From Octopus sinensis (Eukaryota), in contig NC_042998.1 of NCBI RefSeq assembly GCF_006345805.1, positions 163,494,001-163,558,000 on the forward strand: a stretch of DNA of 64,000 nucleotides, written 5' to 3'. The translations under genes were made by a program, and so were the position numbers. Below the pieces are notes generated by a model. That model did no database searches and was not told where the DNA came from. It saw only the letters and a list, made by a program, of their open reading frames with translations. This document shows positions 1 to 11,092 of this stretch, one piece after another; the first letter of the stretch is position 1; the number at the start of each line of letters is the position of its first letter.

Positions 1-338
1 CAGTTATTGGACAGTGGCCATGCTGGCGTACCACCTTGAAAGGTGTGGTTGAACAAATTGACTCTGCTTCTTATTTTTTACGTCTGGTACTTATTCTGTT
101 CATCTCTTGAATGAACTGCTGAATTGTGGGAACATAAACAAACCAACTCTGTTCCTCAGGTGATATGTGTGGTTGGACAAAATAGACACACATATACATA
201 TATATATACATGCATTTATACAACAGGCTTCCACACAGTTTCCATCTATCAAATCAACTTGCAACGCTTTAGCCCAAAGGACTACATAGTGGATTGAACT
301 CAAGACCACATGAATAGGAAGCAAACTACTTAACCGTG
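1..338 (-). mobile_element. tRNA-derived SINE family A, old diverged copy
   Basis: Reverse complement of the family A body (ggccatgctgg, tacttattc, ggacaaa, internal TA/CA tract, cagtttccatct, ggattgaactc B-box), as in better copies at 23034 and 36741. Confidence 0.75.
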
Positions 339-344
339 ATATAT

Positions 345-603
345 AGGCATAGTTGTGTGGTAAGAAGTTTGGTCCCCAACCACATGGTTCTGTGTTCAGT
401 CCCACTGTGTGGCACCATGGGCAAGTTTCTTCTACTATGGCTTTGGTAGACAGAAACTGAAAAAAGCCCATGTGTGTGTGTGTATATATATATATATAGA
501 GAGAGAGAGGGTAAAATATATATATATCTTTCTGTCTGTGTTTGTCCCCCACCAATACTTGACCAACAGTGTTGGTGTGTTTACATCTCCATAACTTAGC
601 GGT
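345..603 (+). mobile_element. tRNA-derived SINE family A, partial, head-to-head with the previous copy
   Basis: Head gttgtgtggtaagaag...gttcagtcccactgtgtggcacc, then tttggtagacagaaactgaa, a microsatellite and gtgtttgtccccc...ataacttagcgg. Confidence 0.8.
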
Positions 604-644
604 CATTATTGAAAAATAACAGAAATTCTCATTATTATTACTAC

Positions 645-1418
645 AGGCTGGCAGAATCATTAGCATGCTGTTAGCTGCATTTCGTCTGTGTTTTATATTC
701 TGAGTTCAAATTCCTCTACAGTCAACATTGCCTTTCATCATTTTGGGGTCGATAAATTAAGCACCAGTCAAGTACTGGGATTGATGTAATCGACTATTCC
801 CTTTTCACAGATTCCAGACATTGTGCCCATAGTAGAAAGGATTAGCACACTGGACAAAATGCTTAGTGGCACTTTGTCTGCCTTTACATTCTGAGTTCAA
901 ATTCCACCGAAGTTGACTTACCCTTTTATCTTTTCAGGGTCAACAAAATAAGTATCAGTTGAGTGCTGGGATTGATGTAATTGACAAACCCCTCCGCCAA
1001 GGTCAACTTTGCCTTTCATCCTTTCGGGGTCGATAAATTAAGTACCAGTTGCATACTGGGGTTGATTTAATTGACTGGCCCCCTCCCCAAAAATTTCAGG
1101 CTTTGTGCCTAGAGTAGAAAAGAATTGGCAAACCCCTGCCCCTCAGACTTGTTGGCCTTGTGCCAAAATTTGAAATCATTATTATTACTAAGGTGGCAAG
1201 CTGGCAGAATCATTAGCATGCCAGGCAAATACTTTGCATCATTTCATCTCTCTTCGTGTTCTAAGTTCAAATACTGCTGAGGTCAAATTTGCCTTTCATT
1301 CTTTCAGAGGCAAAGTACCCTAGTACCCTTTGAGCACCGAGGTTGATATAATCGACTCGCCCCTTCCCCTAAACTTGCTGGCTTTGTGCCAAAATTTGAA
1401 ATCATCATCATCATTATT
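645..1418 (+). mobile_element. Cluster of 4-5 full or partial copies of tRNA-derived SINE family B
   Basis: Repeated gctggcagaatcattagca (A-box-like), ctgagttcaaattcc (B-box-like) and the core actttgcctttcatcctttcggggtcgataaattaagtaccag, with (att)n tails. Confidence 0.85.
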
Positions 1419-2195
1419 AGTATTGCTCTAGGTGTCAAACTCTGAGACATAAAATATTGGTTTACGTATGTAAACCAGTTTACAGTTTTCATTAAGTGTA
1501 GTAAATATTGAATATGGCAAGAAATGAAATGTTCAGTATTGTTATAACCTATACTGTCATTGGTGAATTCAATACACATACATGAAATATATATATATTA
1601 TGTATTGACAGAGAGACAGAGAGCTGTAAATGTCATTGCAGAAGTGAAATTTATTTAAATTTGTACCAGGTTCTTCTTATTTTAATGTCTCTTCCAAAGA
1701 AAAAGAGAGAGAAAAATGAAAATGGAAATTATTTAAATGTTTGTGGTTGCAAAAAAATATAGCTCAGTTGTTAAATTTGTCATCCTTCCATCTCAAATAA
1801 AATGTTTTCTTCCTTTCTGAAAGCAGAGAAAAAGAAAATTATATATTGAACATCAGCAAATGCTAAGTAAAAGAAAAAAACCATTCTGAGTTCTATTATA
1901 TCAAGGTCATCTTAAGAAATTAAATATATTTATTTTTCTCTCTACAGTGAAAAGCTGTAACTCTTATCTTTTCACAAAAGACTAACTTATTTGAATTTGC
2001 CAACATATGAAATTTAATATATACAAATGTGTGTGTGTGTGTACAGAGAGAGACAGAGAGAAAAAGTCCATATTAGTGTGTCAGCATAATTTATAATTTT
2101 GTAAAGTTAACATATTGTTGTTTGAACAAACTTTTATATATATTGTTTTCCTTTTTTATTTTTATTTTGAATTATATATATATATATATATATAT

Positions 2196-2614
2196 CGCGT
2201 GTGTATCGTTGGCGATTTTTTTTCCTGCGTCTTCCCTTCCTTGGGTCTTTCCTCTTCCTATGTTTCTAACGAAGAGCTCCACTTGAAACACTAAATCCTC
2301 CTTCTTTCTTTCCTTTCCTGAGTGTCCAATAACACTATACTTGTTCCACATCCTTGTGTTGTGTTTTCTCTTTGTGTTTTCATGTTTGGATTAACTATAT
2401 ATATATATATATATCGTGTGTGTATCATTGGCAATTTTCTTTCTCTGTCTTCCCTTCTTTGGACATTTTCTATGTGATGCAGAGCTCTGCTCGAAATGTG
2501 AAATCCTCTTTTCTTTCCTTTCCTGAGTGTCCAATAACACTGTACTTATTCCACGTACTCACGTTGTTGTTTTTTCTTGCTTGTTCATGTTTGGATCGAC
2601 TATGTGTATATATA
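2196..2614 (+). mobile_element. Two tandem ~219-bp units, each with a decayed minimal hammerhead-like motif (Penelope/retrozyme-like)
   Basis: Units start at 2196 and 2415 (cg(c/t)gtgtgtatc(g/a)ttggc(g/a)a), share ctttcctttcctgagtgtccaataacact and are separated by (TA)n. Motifs: gttt-ctaacga-a-gagc-tcc-actt-gaaac (2262-2289) and tgatgca-gagc-tct-gctc-gaaa (about 2475-2496). Confidence 0.6.
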
Positions 2615-3919
2615 TCATCATCATCATCGTTTAACGTCCGTTTTCCGCGCTAGCATGGGTTGGACGGTTTGACCGGGGTCTGGGAAGCCAGGGGCTGCTC
2701 CAGGCTCCAGTCTGATCTGGCAGAGTTTCTACGGCTGGATGCCCTTCCTAACGCCAACCACTCCGCGAGTGGAGTGGCTGCTTTTTACGTGCCACCTGCA
2801 CAGGGGCCGGGGGGTCCGGCATCGGTCACGATCGGTTCGAGCTTTTCTAGAGTTGAGTTGGGGGGGGTCCAGCTGAGAAAGGTTCCACCAGTGAAAGAGA
2901 GGGAGAGATAGTGGGGGGGGGGGTGCAGGTAATATAGGGAAGCACCAGTGGGGAAGGTTGGGGTAAGGAGGAACGATGACAGGGAAGGGTTGGTGCAGGT
3001 TCGTAAGAAATAAAAACATAGGATATCACGAGGCGGGGAGGGGACTGGAAGGAGATAGTCGGATTGAGGCAGTGACAGATTCAAAACAGGAGGTAACGTA
3101 AGATCAGTGGGGCGGTTGATGAGCTGCGGCGCTAGCAGCTTGTCTTGGTGGGGGGAAGGGGTAGTACACAGTGAAAGCATGTGAGGAGGAGGGGTAGGAG
3201 GGAGAGACACACGTAATGGTGGTGGGGGAGGAGGAGGGAGGAGGGCATATCCGGTGTAGATGGTGAGAACAGTGTTCACCAGTATTGGTGGTGGTGGTGG
3301 GCGGGCGGGTTCACTGGTATTGGTGGTGGCGGTGGGCGGGCGGGTTCACCGGTATTGGTGGTGGTTTGCACCGCCAAATGGCGGAAAGATGGAATTAAGG
3401 ATTGAAGGTAACCTTAAAGGGTTAAATTTCGTAGAGAAAGATAGGAAAAACAAAGCAAGTTACTGTATGAGTTCAGACATTTAACGGTAGTAACGAATGA
3501 GCAACGAATGAATGTATGTTGTATGAGGTACGGAAGATAAATGAGATAAAATCTTTTTAACTTGCTGTGGACATCAGGCTGGAAGTTGAGTTGGAGAAGA
3601 AGGAAGTTTGAATTGGGGGTTGTAATGGCGATTTTCGGGTTTGAGCAGAAGAAGAAGAAGAAGACATCGCCAAATGGCGGAAAGATGGAATTAAGGATTG
3701 AAGGTAACCTTAAAGGGTTAAATTTCGTAGAGAAAGATAGGAAAAACAAAGCAAGTTACTGTATGAGTTCAGACATTTTACGGTAGTAACGAATGAGCAA
3801 CGAATGAATGTATGTTGTACGAGGTACGGAAGATAAATGAGATAAAATCTTTTTAACTTGCTGTGGACATCAGGCCGGAAGTTGAGTTGGAGAAGAAGGA
3901 AGTTTGAATTGGGGGTTGT
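2615..3919 (-). mobile_element. Composite non-autonomous retroposon, copy 1: 296-bp tandem monomers + C-rich/VNTR middle + RTE-type 3' tail ending in (GAT)n
   Basis: Direct repeat with period 296 (cgccaaatggcggaaagatgg at 3372 and 3668). RTE tail ggatgcccttcctaacgccaacc and a (tca)n end at 2615. Flanked by TA tracts. Homologous along its length to 17331-18597. Confidence 0.8.
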
Positions 3920-5077
3920 TATATATATATATAGATGCATGACTGTAGTTAAGATGATTACAGTTCAATTAGTAAGTTCTAGTGCAACATTTTGGTCATA
4001 TATTTCCAATCATATCCAAATATTGGTTTCAAATTTTGGCACAAGACCAGTAATTTTGGGGAAGGAGTAAATTGATCGCATCACCCTCTGTGTTCAGCTT
4101 GTACTTATTTTATCGACCCTGAATGCATGTAAGGCAAAGTTAACCTCATGGAATTTGAATGCAAATCATAAAGACAGATGAAATGCTGCTCAGCATTTTG
4201 CTTGGTGTGTTAACTATTCTGCCAGCTTGCTGCCTTTATCATATCCAAATATTGATGCAAGCCTTATCTGTGAAGTTTGATAGCTGAGAACTGTGCTGAA
4301 GACCAGTCAATAGACTGACTTCTCATACACTGCATTACACTGTTTTAATCCTAAGTATTATGCTAAGAGTATATCTATGGAATACTCAGCTATTTGCATA
4401 ATAATTCAGTTAATGACTAACTTTATTGATCAAATAATCAAAATGCCAGTTTTCCAAAAATCTATGCAAAATCCATTTTGTTCAATAATTGAGAATATGT
4501 CCATCCATTTTCTCCTGGGAAAATCATAGGGGTAAAATCCTTTGGCACCTTCTTCATTAGAGGTGCCTAGGAGCCCTGGACTCTGGACACTATTAGTTGC
4601 AATCAGAAGCAACCATTAATACACTTCCCAACTGGATTCCCAAACATGACCAACTGAGACCAAGGATATTATCTAACCATCTCGTTCTTCTTCTGTTTCT
4701 GGATCTCCTGCTGGTTGGCTTGGCTTGAAGAATCTGTCTGGCAATTATTTTCTGGCTTTTAATCATAAATCCCTTTGCTAGATCAAGGCCAACCTAGGGC
4801 TAAACAACAGCAACATCTATCTATGTTTTGTGTTCAAATTCCACTGAGGTTAACTTTTTTTTTTATATTATTGGCAGATGTCTGAGAAATAAGTAGTCCT
4901 ATTCAACATTTTCATGTAATTAAATCAGCAATTTTCAACTTGCTCAATTTGAACTCTTGTTTCAAAACAAACTGTACCTGATCATGCCTGACCCTTAAGC
5001 AAACCTCATGATCAGAAGCATTCAAGCCATGACTGTCTTGTTATTGATTTTTTACTATTATTATTTTCTAAAAGGAT

Positions 5078-5297
5078 AAGGCAGCGAACTGGTAGAATCA
5101 TTAGCATACTGGGCAAAATGCTCAGCAGTATTTTGTCCATCATTATGTTCTGAGTTCAAATTCCTCTGAGGTTGACTTTGCCTTTCATCCTTTCGAGGTC
5201 AATAAATTAAGTACCAGTGAAACACTGGGGTTGATGTCATCGACTAGTCCCCTCCCTGGAAAATTTCATGCCTTGTGCCTATAGTAGAAAGGATTAT
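5078..5297 (+). mobile_element. tRNA-derived SINE family B, near full length
   Basis: aaggcagcgaactggtagaatcattagca...ctgagttcaaattcc...gactttgcctttcatcctttcgaggtcaataaattaagtacc...gtagaaaggatta. Confidence 0.85.
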
Positions 5298-5950
5298 TTT
5301 GTTAGATGGTAGAATGTGCTTTTGGATCTTGGATGACATTATCCACTTTCCGTCCACCTATCTTCTCTGTTCACTGTTCCTGGGAGGGTCGTGGAGGTAC
5401 AGTCCTCAGGTGTTTCTTCCATAGGGTCCTATCAGAAACAACCATCACTACAAGGGGGTGCAGGAAAGTTCCCAGCTTTGGGTGAAAGAAAATACAGAAA
5501 GATCAATTATGATTTTATTCAACATATTCGGCTCTCAGATTTATACATTTATTGCAGTAGTCCTTCAGTTTTTCTAAACCCTGTAAAAGAACGCAGAAGG
5601 TTGGGCCTCCAACCAGGCCTTTCACAATACCCTTAAAGCCAGGAACTTTTCAGCCCCTACTCACCTACACTCACTGGTTGGATTATTATGGGTATTATCC
5701 AACCATCTTGTTTAGATTGGCTCAGCTTGAAGAATCTACCTTACAGTTCTTTCCTGCAACATCCTCATCATAGGCACAGGCATGGCTGTGTGGTAAGAAG
5801 ATTACTTTTCTACTACTTGGTTCCAGGTTCAGTCCCGGTGTAGCACCTTGGGCCAGTGTCTTCCACCATAGCCTCAAACTGATCATAGCATTATTGTGAG
5901 TAGATTTGGTAGATAGAAACTTAAAGATATCCATGGTGTGTATGTATGTA

Positions 5951-5990
<40 letters not shown>

Positions 5991-5992
<2 letters not shown>

Positions 5993-6268
5993 AAATATTG
6001 AATTTCTAAATCTCTCGTAGAGACCTGTACGGTGGTGGGGCGATAGAATGGTTGTATACTGTCAATCTAACAAGAACGTGATAGTAGGGGGTACACCACC
6101 GTTGTATAGCCCTAGGAGGCATCGAACGCCTCCTGACAGCTTCGACACATTTTTTTCCCTGTATCCTTATATACATATACGAAGGGGAGACAAACACCCC
6201 CAACCGCCAGAACTGCATCTAGGGACACCGTGTTTTAGGATCATTGTCCTTCATCGGCCTAGAGTAGC
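5991..6268 (-). mobile_element. 278-bp CpG-rich insertion carrying a hammerhead fold (Penelope-associated/retrozyme-like)
   Basis: Bounded by TA runs on both sides. Retains many CpGs in a CpG-depleted background. Contains the hammerhead at 6218-6263 and a 7-bp hairpin aggaggc/gcctcct at 6114-6134. Confidence 0.65.
6218..6263 (-). ncRNA. Minimal type I hammerhead ribozyme fold with two core substitutions
   Basis: Minus strand reads TCTAGG-CCGATGA-AGGA(caatga)TCCT-AAA-ACAC(g)GTGT-C/CCTAGA. Stem I is 6 bp perfect, stem II 4 bp, stem III 4 bp near-palindromic, with a GUC cleavage triplet. The core deviates at U4>C and G12>A. Confidence 0.7.
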
Positions 6269-6541
6269 ATATATATATATTTATATATATGTATGTATAT
6301 GTATACATTTGTGTGTATGGCTTTGTTCTGTGTTTGTCTCTCTATCACTGCTTGATAACTGGCCTTGGTGTGTTTATATCCCCATAACTTAGCAGCTCAG
6401 CAAAGGAGACTGATAGAATAAGTACTAGGCTTTAAAAAAAGTCCTAGGGTCTATTTATTCAACTAAAACCCTTCAAGGTGGTGCCCCAGCATGTCCACAG
6501 TTAAATGACTGAAACAAGTAAAAGAATAAAAGAAAAAGATT

Positions 6542-6785
6542 GTGTCCATAATACGAGTGCTGTGACCTCTCAGTGCAGACATGTAACAGCTCAACCTGGA
6601 GAGACACCCTAATCTCCAAACTACACACCCTGTTGAGTAATGTTACTCCTGTGATTCTTCTGAGAGACCCTGTTTCAGCTGCTTATATTCATGATTGTAC
6701 TCTTTCATCAATCATTTCACAACATTCATGGCCATTGGTCAGGATAGGCATGGAAACCAAACTGAAAAGAGCAAATTCACGCCGA
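6542..6785 (-). mobile_element. RTE-clade LINE ORF C-terminal fragment (decayed)
   Basis: Hand translation PILTNGHECC...AAETGSLRRITGVTLLNRVCSLEIRVSLQVELL...ERSQHSYYGH resembles the RTE consensus PTLTYGHE.W...AAEMSFLRR..G..L.DRVRS..IR..L.V...L..ERSQLRWFGH. Confidence 0.75.
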
Positions 6786-7998
6786 CCAAAGCCTTGTATT
6801 ATCTCATAACTTCAGGATTTTGATTAGGATCGAATGTTGAAGCTGGCACATTACTCTACCAGCACCTGCAATTCTGGCATCCTTTTTGACCACCTATTTC
6901 CCTTGTCTTGCATTAATGAAAAAAAAAATTGGGAATTTGGAAACATTTCCAAAAATTTATACCTTTAAACATTTTAAATTTAAACTTTAAATGGTCGCTG
7001 TATTTTTAGTTGCTTTGTTCCTACTTTTGCTAAGGTCACAGAAAGATCTTAAAACTTATATAGGTTTTGTTGTGATAAGTAAAAAAGGAGAACCATTAAT
7101 TGTTTCAGTATTTCACCTGAGATTTTGTCTACATGTAAATAATGCATTTAGGTTTATATTTCTATTTCAGAAGCATTCAATATCTTATATTAATATGGTG
7201 GTTATTTCTGTCTCTCATATATATATGTATATATGTCCATATATATGTGTGTATGTTTATATATATAAATATATAATTGTATGCATGTATGTCTATGTAT
7301 GTGTATATGTGTATATTTATATATGTGTGTTATAGTATGTATCCTTGTGTGCTTATGTATGTATGTGTGTGTTTATTTCTATATATGCATGTATATATAA
7401 GAGGATGTGTGCTTGTAAGTGTATGTATTTATAAAGTTTGGTTTATTTTTTCCTGTAATCATGTCTGAAGTAAGTTTGGAATGATATTTAAAAATCTGTT
7501 GCTACAAAAGAAAACTAAAGTGAAATTCTCTTTTTCCTTTTCTTTCTTTTCTTTTTTTCTTCTTCTTCGTTTCCCCTTTTCTTCATATTGCTCCTAGCTC
7601 AATTTTTCATATTCCTCCTCTATTGTTCATTTCTATCTTTGCTACATGTGACTCATCCTCCATCATATTCTGAGACGTTTTGCTTCTTTCTACAACAATA
7701 GTCTCATGCAAAAATATCAAAGAAAATCCGTGAAATTTTCATTTTTTGTTTTTGGTTATTAAAGATATGCAAAAAGAAAAAGAAAAAGAAAGAAAGAAAT
7801 CACACTCAATCACACACAAACTCAGGAAAGAAAGAATATCTGTATATTGGTTACAAACAGTCCCAACAAAGACAAGATATTTCCCCCAAAATGTATGCAA
7901 ACAATACAAGGCTTATGTGAAAAGAGTGTGCATATCTACTGGCAGTCATTTTGTTGATAATAGCATTTTAAAAGTGTATATCCACATACATAGACACG

Positions 7999-8058
<60 letters not shown>

Positions 8059-8140
8059 TATGAAATATTTACTCATAAACGTGTGTATATATGCGTGTGC
8101 ATAAATATATATAAATATACTGTAGTTATATATGTTCATG

Positions 8141-8171
<31 letters not shown>

Positions 8172-8909
8172 TTATATTTGTGTAAATATATATGTGTGTG
8201 TGTGTGTGTGTGTATCCATACATATATATAGAATCTGGATGAAGGTAAGCAAACAAGCAGATAGTCAGGCAAGTCACACGCAACCAGAGTTTTCTTCAGG
8301 TGGTCTAGAGTGTGAATAAAGACTAAAGTAATTCTTATTCAACAATGAAATATCTATTCTCATAAACAAATTATGTATTTTTCAAGTTGCTGCGTTTCCC
8401 TCATAGAATTTTAGTATTCCATTGCTTCTACCTTTCCATTGTAGAATTATTACTTTAACCCATTTTGTAACCTGTATATGCATCTATCTATTTGGGTGTA
8501 TGTATGTGTGTTGTGCCTATAGGAATCGAGGATGTTGTATGTTGTACAATGTGGGTTTTCTCTAGTATAAAGAATGATCCTCTTTGAAAAAATATTTTTC
8601 CATTTTGAATTGTTTACAAGATTCCATGTTATTACCATTTTCTTTGATTCTGTTACTGATCATTTCCAGAGTTTTAATCAGTTTTCATTTTCTCTTGTTA
8701 GATACTTTCCACAATATTTTCACTGTAAATGTTTACATATTAATATAAAAATTGTTAGGTTAATATTATGTATAATGTGTGGTATTTCACCTACAGCAAG
8801 ACACCTGTTCCTGTCCCTTTATCATGCTTTAACCTTTCATCACCTGGCATAAAGCCCACCTGCTTCAATACTACACCTTCCTCACTTGAAGAGGTTTTAC
8901 CTTTCAAGT

Positions 8910-9092
8910 TACTGGTGTCAGTACCTCTTAAAAAGCACCCAATACACTGTAAAGTGGTAGGCATTAGGAAGGACATCCAAGTGTAGAAATCATGTGAAAG
9001 CAAACTACAATTTGGTGCAATCCTCTAGTTCACTAGCTCTTGTCAATCCATCCAACTCATGCCAAGATGGAAAACAGATGTCAAATGATGAT
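8910..9092 (+). mobile_element. RTE 3' tail fragment
   Basis: aaaagcacccaatacactgtaaagtggtaggcattaggaaggacatcc...catccaactcatgccaagatggaaaacagatgtcaaatgatgat. Confidence 0.8.
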
Positions 9093-9279
9093 TTTTTTTT
9101 ACCTATTTTCCAGTCAGTATTGTAAGATTTCTTCTATCATTATTTCATAAATCTCAAGAGTTTGGTCTGAGTACATTGGACAAGAGAGTCTATCTGTTTA
9201 ATATCTAACATTTCCTCTGGGACTTATTTTTCCTAATTTTACTTCAGTTTTTTTCCTTTTTGTTTTGTTTTGTTTTTTT

Positions 9280-9600
9280 GTTAAGCCATTCACACATGGG
9301 TCATTAATGTCTTTACTCCATTGTTCTTGACTTTGGGTATGAGTAGTCTCTTCTGCTTGTTTCCAGTTAGATTTCTACTTTTTCAGTTCTGTCTCAGTAT
9401 TCCACTTCCAGCTATTTATATGGTGTCTTCTCTTCTGTCTGATGTGTGATGCAAAATGCTGGTTTCCATAAGGTGCATGCTCTTCAGGATCTGTTCCTAT
9501 TGGATTTTGCTACACCGTCATATGTTTCCCTGAGGGAAGGCCTTTCTCTCTCAGGTCTTGTTGCTTTTGAATTGCCATCAGTACTTCTGTAACTTGACAT
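9280..9600 (-). mobile_element. Highly decayed RTE-like ORF end
   Basis: Hand translation SWKWNTETELKK*KSNWKQAEET...QEQWSKDINDPC loosely resembles the RTE C-terminus TWRR..E.EL....W..A...AQDR..W....LC. Confidence 0.4.
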
Positions 9601-10727
9601 TTTTCAAGATAAGAGTGTTGGCCCTACACAAACTTATTTTTACATCTGGTCCCTACCCTTTGACTTATTCAGCATTGGCGGTTCTACCAGAAGCTTGCAC
9701 TCCACTGGTGTAGTTCTGAGGGTCTTGAGACACACGACCCACCACAATGCAACAAAGACTGGGCCCTGTGATAGATTTTACTTCGTGTGGTAGTTAAAAT
9801 ATGAGTTGCTAAACCCTGATTAAGCAGGCCTATATTCAGAGGAATTCAAGTTGTGACCATCTATTTTTTTTTTATTAAATGGTCTGGACCACATCATCAA
9901 ACATGTTCTTTATCTTTTAAAGTAGTAAGGATATAATTTGAATGTGATTCAACTTCTATTTCTAGCAGTCAAATCATCCCCAAATGGTACTTTAACTGAT
10001 TAGCATTGGTTTGTTGGTTGTTGTAAATTATTCAAGGTTTACTGGTGGTGAGCTGGCAAAGTCTGTAGGACATTGGAAGAAACATGGTTAGTGGCATCCT
10101 TGTTAGGTTGTTAAATTTTGAGTACACATCCCACCATCAAGTTCAGTTTTGCCCTTCATCTTTCCAAAGTCAACAGAATAAAATATCAGTCAAGTATTAG
10201 GACCAATCCGGTTTAACCCCCACTCCCCCCAAAACTGCTGGCCTTGTACCAAAATTGGACCTCTCTGTATACAATATCTGTTATTTTTAACCAATTTCAT
10301 TATTTTTAAGTAATTCACGCTCATTCACATGTGCGCACGCGCGCGCGCACACACACACACACACACAGTTCTCACTATCTATATATACTCAATATCTATA
10401 TTAACTCAGTGTTTCACATTGTTTGATTTCTGAATATTACAATTCACATTGCCCCAGACAGTCTTTTGAAAACTTAGACCACAATTTTTAAATGAAAAGT
10501 AGCAACATCCTTCATTACTGGGTGAGTAACAAAGTCTATTATCAGTACCTGATAATTAATAACAGCTCTGAGTTCAAATCCAACATGGCACAATGTACAT
10601 ATTCTTGAATTAGATGACAGGGCTTGAACTACTTGATGTGTTGTGTAAATGTGAATATTGTAAATATTCACATTTTGGTGGAATTCTACTTTAAGTATGT
10701 CATATTACCCCTCAAAACTTTTAATTT

Positions 10728-10874
10728 TTTGGTATTTTCAGAACGTTCTACACACAGGAATTGACACAAATATTAGAAATTAAAAAAATTTTTTTTCTTT
10801 AGCTAAAACAATTTCTTTTAAATTTCTAATATTTATGTCAATTCCTGTGTATAGAACATTCTGAAAATACCAAA
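10728..10874. repeat. 54-bp inverted repeat with a 39-bp spacer
   Basis: Arm 10728-10781 (tttggtattttcagaacgttctacacacaggaattgacacaaatattagaaatt) matches the reverse complement of 10821-10874 with 3 mismatches. Confidence 0.9.
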
Positions 10875-10881
10875 GAATTTT

Positions 10882-11092
10882 TTAACCCTTTGTCAAATGT
10901 AATGCTTATTCATTCACATTGATTTGAAGTAACCATGTATTATCTCCTAACTTCAGGATTTCGATGATGTTGTTGTCTACTTTTAGAATAACATTGTAGG
11001 GTAGGTGTGAGAGGCTTGATCTTGCTGGTTTCAGCATAAAATAGGCAGAATATCTGGGCCAGATTTGGCCAGTTTGAATATTAAAGAGTTAA
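10882..11092. mobile_element. piggyBac-like MITE (TTAA-flanked)
   Basis: ttaa-ccctt...aagag-ttaa ends. The body recurs at 14860-14978, 43230-43380, 44140-44280 and 51719-52313. Confidence 0.65.

Larger units (their letters stand above)
5773..6535 (+). mobile_element. SINE family A interrupted in its central (TA)n by a 278-bp insertion
   Basis: Head at 5773-5940 and 3' half at about 6300-6535 ending in gaaacaagtaaaagaataaaag. Foreign sequence 5991-6268 lies inside the TA tract. Confidence 0.8.

Noticed and set aside
1948-1985. Possible terminal exon after the acceptor tttttctctctacag (xKSCNSYLFTKD*)
   Set aside because: Good acceptor, but only 12 codons and no supportable upstream exon or homology.
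2785-3279. 164-aa Pro-rich ORF in the composite retroposon
   Set aside because: The homologous region in copy 2 has an in-frame stop (gcgccatag) and frameshifts. Similarity is at the nucleotide level and C-richness explains the open frame.
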